Below, piece by piece: positions 11,101 to 18,568 of a stretch of 64,000 bases of DNA (position 1 is the stretch's first letter; the number at the start of each line of letters is the position of its first letter). The notes below the pieces were generated by a model that was not told where the DNA came from, did not search any database, and saw only the letters and a list, made by a program, of their open reading frames with translations. Position numbers and translations under genes: made by a program. The stretch covers positions 52,972-116,971 of the forward strand of contig CAVUUF010000004.1 of the NCBI GenBank assembly GCA_963744575.1. Direction: 5' to 3'. Source of the stretch: an uncultured Actinomycetota bacterium (lineage in GTDB: Bacteria > Actinomycetota > Actinomycetes > Streptosporangiales > Streptosporangiaceae).

Positions 11101-11806
11101 GCAGGTTGGCGATGCTGGTCCGGCTCTGCGTGATCGACAGGCGGCCCTGCGCGCGCTCGCGCCAGTAGTAGACGACGTCCGGGATCACGTCCACGGCCCG
11201 GGCCAGCACGTGGGCCTTGGTCATGAGCCGGATGTCCTCCCAGACCACGCCCTCGGGGAAGGACAGCGCGTGGCGATCCCAGAAGCCGCGCCGGAACAGC
11301 TTGTTCCAGACCGACACGTCGTAGAGCAGCCGCGGCGTCCGGGTGATGTGCGTGCCCGTCTGCCTGCCCTTCAGCGCCAGCGAGTGCAGCGCCGACGGGT
11401 TGATCCCCTTCGGGCCGACCCGGTCGACGGCGCCGCTGGCGAAGTCCGAACCGGACTGCTCCAGCGCGTGCAGCAGCAGCTCGTAGGCGTTGGCCGGCAG
11501 CATGTCGTCGCCGTCGACGAAGGCCAGGAACTCCCCGCGGGCGCGCTCGACGCCCCGGTTGCGGGCGCCGCCCGGGCCTCCGTGTTCCGGCTGCAGCAGC
11601 GTGAACCGCGGATCGGCGGCCGCCTTGGCCCGGGCGATCTGGGCGCTGCGATCGGCCGAGCCGTCGTCGACCATGATCACTTCCAGGTCGCCGAACGACT
11701 GGGCGGCGATCGAGTCCAGGCAGTCGGCGAGATCGCCGGAGTTGTTGAAGAACGCCACGACGACGCTGATCCGGGGGGTGGTCAATGCCTCGTTCCTTGG
11801 GGTCAT
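8195..11806 (-). CDS. Bifunctional GT2 glycosyltransferase / CDP-glycerol glycerophosphotransferase (TagF-like) fusion
   Basis: The N-terminus (ISVVVAFFNNSGDLADCLDSIAAQSFGDLEVIMVDDGSADRS) is GT2. The C-terminus (YLQTWHGTPLKKIGFD, VLYAPTWRD, LITDYSSAMFDY) is TagF-family. The ATG at 11806 overlaps the asnB stop (ATGA). Confidence 0.8.
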   Translation of the reverse strand: MTPRNEALTTPRISVVVAFFNNSGDLADCLDSIAAQSFGDLEVIMVDDGSADRSAQIARAKAAADPRFTLLQPEHGGPGGARNRGVERARGEFLAFVDGDDMLPANAYELLLHALEQSGSDFASGAVDRVGPKGINPSALHSLALKGRQTGTHITRTPRLLYDVSVWNKLFRRGFWDRHALSFPEGVVWEDIRLMTKAHVLARAVDVIPDVVYYWRERAQGRLSITQSRTSIANLRDRMTALADIDAFIAANSTARLLRAHQRKALKNDLWLYVQDLHKVTEAYRAEFADLVNGYLDHVGGRVLRSLPATHKLAYHLVRIRALPQLAELAAWMMEQPVRQVPMIRRHGRLRADLPFRTDSPVLVPARVFRPHWRDLDPYMQVDDIGWARDARGPRDKRGQGDRLVVTGRANVPSVDIPRRRNTAKIVVLRPPGPGIRRLPRVLPARSFLHPEATALSEQDRYNYDWSGFRFTVRPRWFRETGEWQCYMLIRGHGVWRPARVHTPAPGPAERPRPHQVAPGERFGARWAGLGLNVARWRLGAVLAALDWRDGDPGAAVLDVEVPGYADPKAGAGPAELVLVRNRGAATRSVPASPGNRPGLFRAVVPRSDLAASAGPVDRAGRTAGDDEMAWDVYLKLPGRARARVAWPDGMAESRHLFGRREAVAGQSRYGDLVMAERTPRPVIDEHEWQPGGRLVLRGSFPGARGGDQHETLLRRVGSADSHVIGFTAAGERFSIEASLDRMPFFGSAIPLRDGEWRLYLRPAGGGPETLAELKYDHGRLGDVAGQRVAAGRKWYRLMITGYDDPLITAEPRLRRVEQGNFGQRSLRRGFYPAMLRTAPVRDAVFFVSWKGKQCADNPLGIAAELRRRGDDREHLWAVTDWSVPVPAGGTGVLRGTQEYYEALARSKYLISNDDMQAPFRKRDGQVYLQTWHGTPLKKIGFDIANPQFISGTAYFGQLARDIAQWDLLLSPNPVSTPIMRRAFRFDGEICEYGYPRNDLLRRGDTAEVAAWVRQRLGLPAGKKVVLYAPTWRDNQVYANGRRYRFDMRLDLEQAWRELGRDHVFLIRGHHHMADDVPAGMRDGFAVNVTAYPDITELYLVSDVLITDYSSAMFDYAVTGRPVLFFTYDLAEYRDDLRGFYFDLEAEAPGPLLASSAEVIAAVRDIDPVAAAHRDAYQRFAARFCSLDDGKAGARICDRLFGG

Positions 11807-13719
11807 CGGGCGTCCGGGGCCTCCCAGCCGAGGGCCACCGGGTCGTATACGCGCTCCACGTAGATCTGGTGCCAGAGCGAGAATACGACCAGCAGCCACA
11901 CCTGCCGCCAGGTCACCTCGGGGTCGCCGGAGCGGAAGCGGGACAGGATGTCCAGCGCGACGCCCTTGTCCAGCCACTGGCCGGTCTGCGCCGTTCGGAC
12001 CGCCTGTTCCGCGAAACCATACATGCCGCCGCGGAGCCAGTGGCCGAGCGGCACCGGAAAGCCCAGCTTCGCGCGTTCCGCGGCGGCCTGGGGCAGCAGC
12101 TCGCCGATGGCCTCCCGGAGCGCGAACTTGGTGGTGCCCGCGGCCGTCTTCTCCACCCGGGCCAGGCGCGCGGCCACCGCGAGCACCTCCCGGTCCAGGA
12201 ACGGCGTGCGCAGCTCCAGGCCGTGGGCCATGGCCATCCGGTCGGCCTTGACCAGGATGTCACCCGGCAGCCAGGTGTTGACGTCGACCAGCTGCATGGT
12301 GGCGACGTCGTCCAGCCTGGCCTCGGCGGCCTGCCGGTACACCGGGTCGGTCACGTCGAACTCGCTGCCGGTGCCCTGCCGGGTCAGCAGGCGCGCCGCG
12401 TCGCCGTGGTACACGTAGGCGTTGCCGATGTACCGCCGCCGCAGCGGCGTGGAGGTCCGGTTGAGAAAGCCCTTGCCCCGGGCGCCGGACGGCAGCTCGG
12501 CGGCGACCCGGCTGACCGCGGAGCGCCCCCAGCCGGGCAGCGCCCGGCCGGCCCGGACCACGCCCGGCTGGCGGTACACGCCGTAGCCGCCGAACAGCTC
12601 GTCGGCGCCTTCGCCGGACAGCACCACCTTGACCTGCTTGCGCGCCTCGCGGGCCGCGAACCACAGCGGGACCGCGGCCGCGTCCGCCACCGGGTCGTCC
12701 AGGTGCCAGACGATCCGGGGCAGGCAGGCCAGGAACTCCTCCGGGCCGATCAGGTAGGGATGCGACTTCACGCCGAGCGCCGCCGCCGTGGCCATGGCGT
12801 CGTCGATCTCGTTGTAGCCGTCCCGCTCGAATCCGACCGTGAAGGTCAGCAGCCCGGGCGCGGACTCGGCAGCGAGCGCGCACAGGGTGGCCGAGTCCAC
12901 CCCGCCGGACAGGAACGCGCCGACCGGCACGTCGCTGCGCAGGTGCACGGCCACCGAGTCGCGCAGCGCGGCCAGGATCTTCTCCGGCGAACTCGACGAC
13001 GGGGACCTGACCGGCCGCAGCTCGGGTCGCCAGTACCGGAACACGTCGACCCGGCCGCCCGGCCGCGCGATGAGCACGTGCCCGGGCGGCAGCGACCGCG
13101 CGGGCGGGACCAGGCTGGCCGGCGCGGGCACGTACTGGAACGACAGGTAACGGCGCAGCGCGTCCGGGTCTATCGCGGTCACCTCGCCGGAATCGGCCAG
13201 CGCCTTGCGCTCGGAGGCGAACCGGAGCTGGGGTCCGGACCTGGGCTGCTGACCGCCCGTGGCCGGCGCGTAGAAGAAGGGCTTGATGCCGAACGGGTCC
13301 CGGGCACAGAACAGCTCACGGTCGCGGCGGTCCCAGATGGCGAACGCGTACATGCCCCGGAGCTGGCGCAGCACGTCCTTGCCCAGCCAGGCGTACATCT
13401 CGATCAGCACTTCGGCCGCCGACCTGCTGCGCAGCCGGACGCCGCGGGCGGCCAGGCGCTGGGCCAGCTCCACGTAGTTGTAGATCTCGCCGTCGAAGAC
13501 CATCACGAACCGGCCGTCGGCCGAGTGCATCGGCTGGCGGGCCGCCGCCGAGGTGTCGATGACGGCCAGCCGCCGGAAAGCCAGGGCGAGGTCGTGATCG
13601 GCGTAGCAGGCCTCGTCGTCAGGCCCCCGGTGCGCGATGCGCACGGCGGCACGGCCCACCCACTCGGTGTCGGGCCCGGCTCCGTCGGCCAGGGCCAGGC
13701 AGCCGGTAATTCCGCACAT
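11803..13719 (-). CDS. asnB: Asparagine synthase (glutamine-hydrolysing) family amidotransferase
   Basis: MCGITG N-terminal Cys nucleophile, SGGVDS PP-loop, roughly 638 aa. The start is taken at the Met preceding Cys (13719). Confidence 0.85.
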   Translation of the reverse strand: MCGITGCLALADGAGPDTEWVGRAAVRIAHRGPDDEACYADHDLALAFRRLAVIDTSAAARQPMHSADGRFVMVFDGEIYNYVELAQRLAARGVRLRSRSAAEVLIEMYAWLGKDVLRQLRGMYAFAIWDRRDRELFCARDPFGIKPFFYAPATGGQQPRSGPQLRFASERKALADSGEVTAIDPDALRRYLSFQYVPAPASLVPPARSLPPGHVLIARPGGRVDVFRYWRPELRPVRSPSSSSPEKILAALRDSVAVHLRSDVPVGAFLSGGVDSATLCALAAESAPGLLTFTVGFERDGYNEIDDAMATAAALGVKSHPYLIGPEEFLACLPRIVWHLDDPVADAAAVPLWFAAREARKQVKVVLSGEGADELFGGYGVYRQPGVVRAGRALPGWGRSAVSRVAAELPSGARGKGFLNRTSTPLRRRYIGNAYVYHGDAARLLTRQGTGSEFDVTDPVYRQAAEARLDDVATMQLVDVNTWLPGDILVKADRMAMAHGLELRTPFLDREVLAVAARLARVEKTAAGTTKFALREAIGELLPQAAAERAKLGFPVPLGHWLRGGMYGFAEQAVRTAQTGQWLDKGVALDILSRFRSGDPEVTWRQVWLLVVFSLWHQIYVERVYDPVALGWEAPDAR

Positions 13720-13768
13720 GCGTGCCGCCAAAGACGATCGGGGTACCTGGATACGTGCCCCGGCCAGC

Positions 13769-14542
13769 CTACTTGGGCTGGAACCTGATCCCGCCGTCGA
13801 AGCGGATGACCTCGGCGTTCACGTAGTCGTTCTCGATCAGCGCCCGGACCAGGTGCGCGAATTCATCGGCCCGCCCCATCCGCTTGGGGAAGACCACCGG
13901 GGCCACCAGCTTGGCCTTGAACTCCGCAGCCCCCTCGCGGAACCCGTAGATCGGCGTGTCGATGATGCCGGGGCAGATCGTGTTCACCCGCACCCCGATG
14001 GCGCTCAGGTCCCGGGCGGCGGGCACGGTCATCCCGATGATGCCGCCCTTGGAGGCGGAGTACGCGATCTGGCCGGTCTGGCCCTCGAGGCCGGCCACCG
14101 AGGAGGTGTTGACGATGGCCCCGCGCTGCCCGTCGGCGTCGGCGGGCTCGGTCTTCGCCATGGCCGCGGCGGCGATCCGCATCAGGTTGAAGGTCCCGAT
14201 CAGGTTGACGGCGATGACCTTCTGGTAACTGGCCAGGTCGTGCGGGGTGCCGTCGCGTGCGACGGTGCGCGACGCCCAGCCGATGCCCGCGCAGCTGACC
14301 GCGACCCGCAACGGGGCCCCGGTGCCCACGGCGGCGTCGACCGCCGCCTGCACCGACGCCTCGTCGGTCACGTCGGTCCGGGCGAACACGCCGCCGGTCT
14401 CCGCCGCGATCTGCTTGCCGCGCTCGGTGTTCAGGTCCGCGATGACGACGCTTGAGCCCGCCGCCGCGAGCATCCGCGCGGTCGCCTCGCCGAGCCCGCT
14501 CGCGCCGCCGGAAACGACGGCCGAAGTACCGTTCAGCTCCAT
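13769..14542 (-). CDS. SDR family oxidoreductase (3-hydroxyacyl-CoA dehydrogenase type-2-like)
   Basis: [25 protein letters not shown] Rossmann motif and YSASK catalytic motif. The ORF maximum start is 14692. Confidence 0.8.
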   Translation of the reverse strand: MELNGTSAVVSGGASGLGEATARMLAAAGSSVVIADLNTERGKQIAAETGGVFARTDVTDEASVQAAVDAAVGTGAPLRVAVSCAGIGWASRTVARDGTPHDLASYQKVIAVNLIGTFNLMRIAAAAMAKTEPADADGQRGAIVNTSSVAGLEGQTGQIAYSASKGGIIGMTVPAARDLSAIGVRVNTICPGIIDTPIYGFREGAAEFKAKLVAPVVFPKRMGRADEFAHLVRALIENDYVNAEVIRFDGGIRFQPK

Positions 14543-14689
14543 GCTGGCGAGCATACCCGTCGCGGCGCTGCTGACTCCGCGGGACGCCCCCCGACCCCCG
14601 GAGACGCTGGCTCCGGGACGACCCCGGACCCCGAAACCCTCGCGGGGCGATCGGCCGGCACCGGGGCGGGATACCCAGCCCGTTAGGTT

Positions 14690-14703
14690 CAAGATATATC
14701 TTG
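14690..14703. promoter_or_regulatory. Perfect 14-bp palindrome CAAGATATATCTTG (operator-like) in the divergent SDR/MFS spacer
   Basis: Read directly from the sequence. It is AT-rich in a GC-rich genome and lies 34 nt upstream of the fossil MFS start codon. Confidence 0.3.
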
Positions 14704-14736
14704 TTGCCTCTCCGCAGGTGGGCTAAGGTCGGAGGC

Positions 14737-14862
14737 ATGACCAGGCTGCGCGGCCACCCGTGGGCGGTCCTGGTCGTGGTGTCACTGGGCTTCTTCATGA
14801 CGCTGCTCGGCAAGACCTTCTCGGGTGCAAAACCCTTTGGTCAGCGTTACCGCAGCTCATGA
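14737..14862 (+). pseudogene. Remnant 5' end of an MFS (DHA2) transporter gene
   Basis: ATG 14737 is preceded by GGAGG. MTRLRGHPWAVLVVVSLGFFMTLL parallels the N-terminus of the intact gene 150 nt downstream (VTKFRANPWAVLLVVSLGFFMTLL). It then diverges and stops at 14860-14862. Confidence 0.5.
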
Positions 14863-14888
14863 CGCCCGAGAGCGCTAAGGAGAAAGTT

Positions 14889-16520
14889 GTGACGAAGTTC
14901 CGCGCGAACCCTTGGGCGGTGTTGCTGGTCGTCTCGCTCGGGTTCTTCATGACCTTGCTGGATTTGACGATCGTCAACATTGCGGTCCCGAGCCTGATCA
15001 CCAAGCTGCACGCCTCGCTGGATGACGTGCTGTGGGTGATCAACGCCTACGCCCTGGTGCTGGCCGTCCTGGTCATCACGGCAGGCAGGCTGGGTGACCT
15101 GATCGGGCCGCGGATCATGTTCATGGGCGGTGTCGCGGTGTTCACGGCGGCCTCGGCCGCGTGCGGGCTGGCGCCGAGCGCGGGCTGGCTGATCGGCTTT
15201 CGCGCGGTGCAGGGGCTGGGAGCGGCGATGCTCATGCCGCAGACGCTGGCGATCATCACCAACACCTTCCCACCGGACCGGCGCGGGGCGGCGTTCGGAG
15301 TGTGGGGGGCGGTCGCCGGGGTAGCCACTATCGCCGGGCCGACCCTGGGCGGGCTGCTGGTGACCGTCTTGGACTGGCGGTGGATCTTCTTCGTGAACCT
15401 GCCGATCGGGGTGTGCGTGCTGCTCGTCACCCCGTTGATCATCCCCGATGTGCGGCCCGGCCGGCGGCACCGGATCGACATCCCCGGGGTGCTGCTGGCC
15501 AGCGCGGCGCTGGTGGCGATCTGCTACGGCCTGGTCGAGGGGCAGAAGTACGACTGGGGGACGATCACCGGGTTCGTCAGCATCCCGCTGGTTCTCGGCC
15601 TGGGAGTGCTGCTGCTGCTGGCCTTCGTGCTGGTCCAGCGGCTCACCCAGGACAAGGAGCCGCTGGTGCCGTTCGCGCTGTTCCGGGACCGGAACTACGC
15701 GGTGGTGAACTGGGTGTCCGGCGTGCTTGCCATCGGGATGATGGGGATCTTCATCCCGCTGACCATCTACCTGCAGTCCGTCCTGGGGTTCTCGGCGCTG
15801 AAGGCCGGGCTCACGATGGCGCCCGCCTCACTGGTCTCGATGTTCGTCGCCCCGGTGGCGGGCCGGATGACCGATAAGATCGGCGGCAAGTTCATCCTCA
15901 TGTCCGGGCTGATCCTGTTCGGTGCCGGGATGGGCTGGATAGCGCTGATCGCTCACCCGGACTCTTCGTGGCCCGTCTTCATGGCGCCCTTGATCGTGGC
16001 CGGGCTCGGCATGGGCTGCATCTTCGCGCCGATGGTCACGGTCGCCATGCGCAACATCGATCCGCGCATGGCTGGCGCGGCATCCGGGGTGCTGAACACC
16101 GTCCGGCAGGTCGGTCTGGTGATCGGCACCGCTGCCGTTGGCGCCCTGCTGCAGAACAGGCTGGTTTCCGCGATGGCGGACCAGGCCAGCGCACGTTCGG
16201 CCGCGCTGCCGCCGCAGCTGCGCGGCCGGTTCGTGGCCGGGATCGACAGCTCGGCGAAGAACGGCATCCAGGTCGGGGCAGGCCAGTCCGGCGGCAGCAG
16301 CCGGGTAGCCCCCGGCCTGTCCGCCCGGGTCGCCGCGGAGATCGCCCGCATCGGCCATGACGTGTTTACCTTCGCCTACGTGACTGCCATGCGGCAGACA
16401 ATGCTGTTGCCGATCATCCTCCTCGGTGTCGGCGCGCTGAGCTGTCTGGCCATCAAGCAGGGCAGGCGTACGCCCGAGCCGGCCGCGGCCGCCAAGACCG
16501 AAACCGCCACACCCGCTTGA
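14889..16520 (+). CDS. MFS transporter, DHA2 (EmrB/QacA-like, 14-TMS) family
   Basis: GTG 14889 follows an AAGGAG RBS. It carries LDLTIVNIAVPS, GRLGDLIGPR and many TM helices. The upstream part of ORF 14760.. is non-homologous. Confidence 0.85.
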   Translation: MTKFRANPWAVLLVVSLGFFMTLLDLTIVNIAVPSLITKLHASLDDVLWVINAYALVLAVLVITAGRLGDLIGPRIMFMGGVAVFTAASAACGLAPSAGWLIGFRAVQGLGAAMLMPQTLAIITNTFPPDRRGAAFGVWGAVAGVATIAGPTLGGLLVTVLDWRWIFFVNLPIGVCVLLVTPLIIPDVRPGRRHRIDIPGVLLASAALVAICYGLVEGQKYDWGTITGFVSIPLVLGLGVLLLLAFVLVQRLTQDKEPLVPFALFRDRNYAVVNWVSGVLAIGMMGIFIPLTIYLQSVLGFSALKAGLTMAPASLVSMFVAPVAGRMTDKIGGKFILMSGLILFGAGMGWIALIAHPDSSWPVFMAPLIVAGLGMGCIFAPMVTVAMRNIDPRMAGAASGVLNTVRQVGLVIGTAAVGALLQNRLVSAMADQASARSAALPPQLRGRFVAGIDSSAKNGIQVGAGQSGGSSRVAPGLSARVAAEIARIGHDVFTFAYVTAMRQTMLLPIILLGVGALSCLAIKQGRRTPEPAAAAKTETATPA

Positions 16521-16551
16521 CCCGTCCGCTTCCGGGTGCGCCCGGCTCCGG

Positions 16552-17967
16552 TCAGATGGCCGGGACCATCAGCTCGCCCGGCTCCTTAGGGTCCTCCGGC
16601 CACAACCCGGGCAGTTCGTCCGGGACCGGCTCGTAACGGGCGGCCTCGAAGGGGAACCGGTCGGCGAAGGCCGGCTCCAGGTCCGTGATCCAGCAGGCGG
16701 CCGGGTCGAACCTGGCGAAGAACGGCGTGCCCACCAGCCGTGGCTCCCGGGCCTGGATCATCCGCAGGACGAAGACCTTGAGGCCCGCCGCCTCGGTCAC
16801 GCCGTCGACGCACACCTTCCCCGGCGTGGCCGACATGGACGGGCCGCGGACGGTCCGGCCGAGGCCGGAAACGCCCTGGTAGGCGTCGCGGAAGATCTCA
16901 TACCCGCGGGCCAGCGGCACCGCGAAGTAGTCCTGGGGGCCGGTGTCCCGCTCCACGAACATGTAGTAGGGCACCATGCCCATCCGGACCTGCACGCGCC
17001 ACATGGCCCGCCAGGCCGCCGGGTCGTCGTTGATCGACCTGATCAGCGGGGCCTGGGTGCGGACCACCGCGCCGGTCCGCCGGATCCGGCGCACCGCCTC
17101 GGCGAGCACCGGCGGCTCGAGCTCACGCGGGTGGGAGAAGTGCGCCATCAGCGCCAGCGTCCGGCCCGAGGCGACGACCTCCTCGAACAGGCGCAGGGTG
17201 GCGTCGGCATCCGGGTCGCTGACGAACCGCTGCGGCCAGTAGGACAGCGACTTGGTGCCGATCCTGATCGACTCGAGGTGATCCAGGCCGTTGCCCGGGT
17301 CGATGAGCGGAGCGATGTAACGGCGCAGCACCGCCTCGCCCATGATCATCGGATCGCCCCCGGTGACCAGGACGCTGGTCACCTCGGGATGCTCGCCGAG
17401 GTAGGCCACCAGCGCGCCGACGTCGTGGGTGGCCATCTTCAGGTCGGGCTCGTCCACGAACTGCGCCCACCGGAAGCAGTAACTGCAGTAGGCGTGGCAG
17501 GTCTGGCCCTGCCGCGGGAAGAACAGCACGGTCTCCGGGTACTTGTGCTGCAGGCCGGGTAGCGGCCTGCCCCGCAGGCTGGGCGCGTTCAGCAGCAGCT
17601 GCCCGGCCGGATGGGGATTGAGCCGCATCCGGATCTCGTGCGCGGCGGCGCGCAGGCCCGCCTCGGGCGCACCGCCGTCGAGCATGTCCGCGAGCCGGCC
17701 CACGTCCGCCGCGGGCAGCATGTCCGGCTGCGGGAAGACGAGCCGGTAGATCGGGTCGTCGGGAGCCGCGTCCCAGTCGATGAGGTTCTCGATCACGTAC
17801 GAGTTGGTCCGGAACGGGAGCACGGTCGCCACCGCCCGCACCGCCAGCCGGTCCCCGGCCGGCAAGCCGGCCCGTTGCGCGAGCATGTCCAGATGCTTCG
17901 CCGAGTAAGCGCGGAATCCCCGGCCGGCCGGCCGCACCGACGGTACGACCTGCTGGATGTCAGTCAC
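16552..17967 (-). CDS. KamA-family radical SAM aminomutase (lysine 2,3-aminomutase-like)
   Basis: 471 aa with a CHAYCSYCFRW (CxxxCxxC) cluster motif and VTGGDPM, typical of the KamA family. Confidence 0.8.
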   Translation of the reverse strand: MTDIQQVVPSVRPAGRGFRAYSAKHLDMLAQRAGLPAGDRLAVRAVATVLPFRTNSYVIENLIDWDAAPDDPIYRLVFPQPDMLPAADVGRLADMLDGGAPEAGLRAAAHEIRMRLNPHPAGQLLLNAPSLRGRPLPGLQHKYPETVLFFPRQGQTCHAYCSYCFRWAQFVDEPDLKMATHDVGALVAYLGEHPEVTSVLVTGGDPMIMGEAVLRRYIAPLIDPGNGLDHLESIRIGTKSLSYWPQRFVSDPDADATLRLFEEVVASGRTLALMAHFSHPRELEPPVLAEAVRRIRRTGAVVRTQAPLIRSINDDPAAWRAMWRVQVRMGMVPYYMFVERDTGPQDYFAVPLARGYEIFRDAYQGVSGLGRTVRGPSMSATPGKVCVDGVTEAAGLKVFVLRMIQAREPRLVGTPFFARFDPAACWITDLEPAFADRFPFEAARYEPVPDELPGLWPEDPKEPGELMVPAI

Positions 17968-18279
17968 GCCGCTTCTCCCTCCGTTTTAGGCGCGGCCCGC
18001 GGCTGAAACGCCGCGAAACGCGCGAAATAGCCCCAAAGACACCCGCTCCCCGGCGGTTCCCCGCCTGGCCTCGTTCCCCCGCCGGACGCCCGGCCCGGAA
18101 CTGCCCCCCACGTTTATTCACGCTCCGGCAGCTTCGATAGTTCCGATTGTCATTGCGCCTTTCCGTCGTCGGGACAATTACCACGATTCGCAGGAAGTAT
18201 TCGGCCTCGTCACAGCAAGTTCCAAGGCCACAGTTTGCGCTCAGCACGCCATTGAAGCATCTTTTAGCCGTAAAATGCT

Positions 18280-18322
18280 GGCCCGGCCGGGCCGGGCCCC
18301 GGGGGCCCGGCCCGGCCGGGCC
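18280..18322. repeat. Perfect 21+21 bp GC-rich inverted repeat (1-nt centre)
   Basis: GGCCCGGCCGGGCCGGGCCCC g GGGGCCCGGCCCGGCCGGGCC, verified base by base. It sits between divergently oriented genes, so it is not an obvious terminator for either. Confidence 0.6.
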
Positions 18323-18449
18323 CGTCGTCAGGCCATAATGGGGCCACCACACCGGCACTTTGGGTTGAAGGACACGAAGGATGAGGCATCATCCGCCGCC
18401 GCGCACCCCGGTGATCCGCTGAGCGCGGCACCGGATCGACCGGAGCGCC

Positions 18450-18568
18450 GGCCCCGGCCCCGGTGACCGCGTTGGCCCCGGCGACCGCGCCGACCGCGCC
18501 GGCCCGGTGACCGCGCCGGCCGCGGTGACCGCCCCGGCCCCGGCGACCGCGCCGGCCCCGGTGATCGC
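18450..18568. repeat. Imperfect tandem repeat, about 18-nt unit GGCCCCGG(T/C)GACCGCGCC, about 6-7 copies
   Basis: Read directly from the sequence. It encodes (A/P/T/V)n if the plsX GTG at 18507 is used, and is non-coding if GTG 18561 is used. Confidence 0.7.

Noticed and set aside
14681-14703. An IdeR/DtxR iron box, because of TTAGGTT at 14683 and ideR being in the window.
   Set aside because: Only the first 7 nt resemble TTAGGTTAGGCTAACCTAA. The dyad actually present (CAAGATATATCTTG) is unrelated.
18118-18260. Mini-ORFs (11 and 16 codons) upstream of the radical-SAM gene, considered as RiPP precursor peptides.
   Set aside because: KamA-family aminomutases are not known peptide-modifying enzymes. 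The peptides have no leader/core features and I have no conservation evidence. They are mentioned only as context in the spacer finding.
18450-18568. A possible CRISPR array, suggested by regularly spaced GC-rich repeats.
   Set aside because: The units are contiguous (about 18 nt) with no unique spacers, and no cas genes are present. It is a simple tandem repeat.
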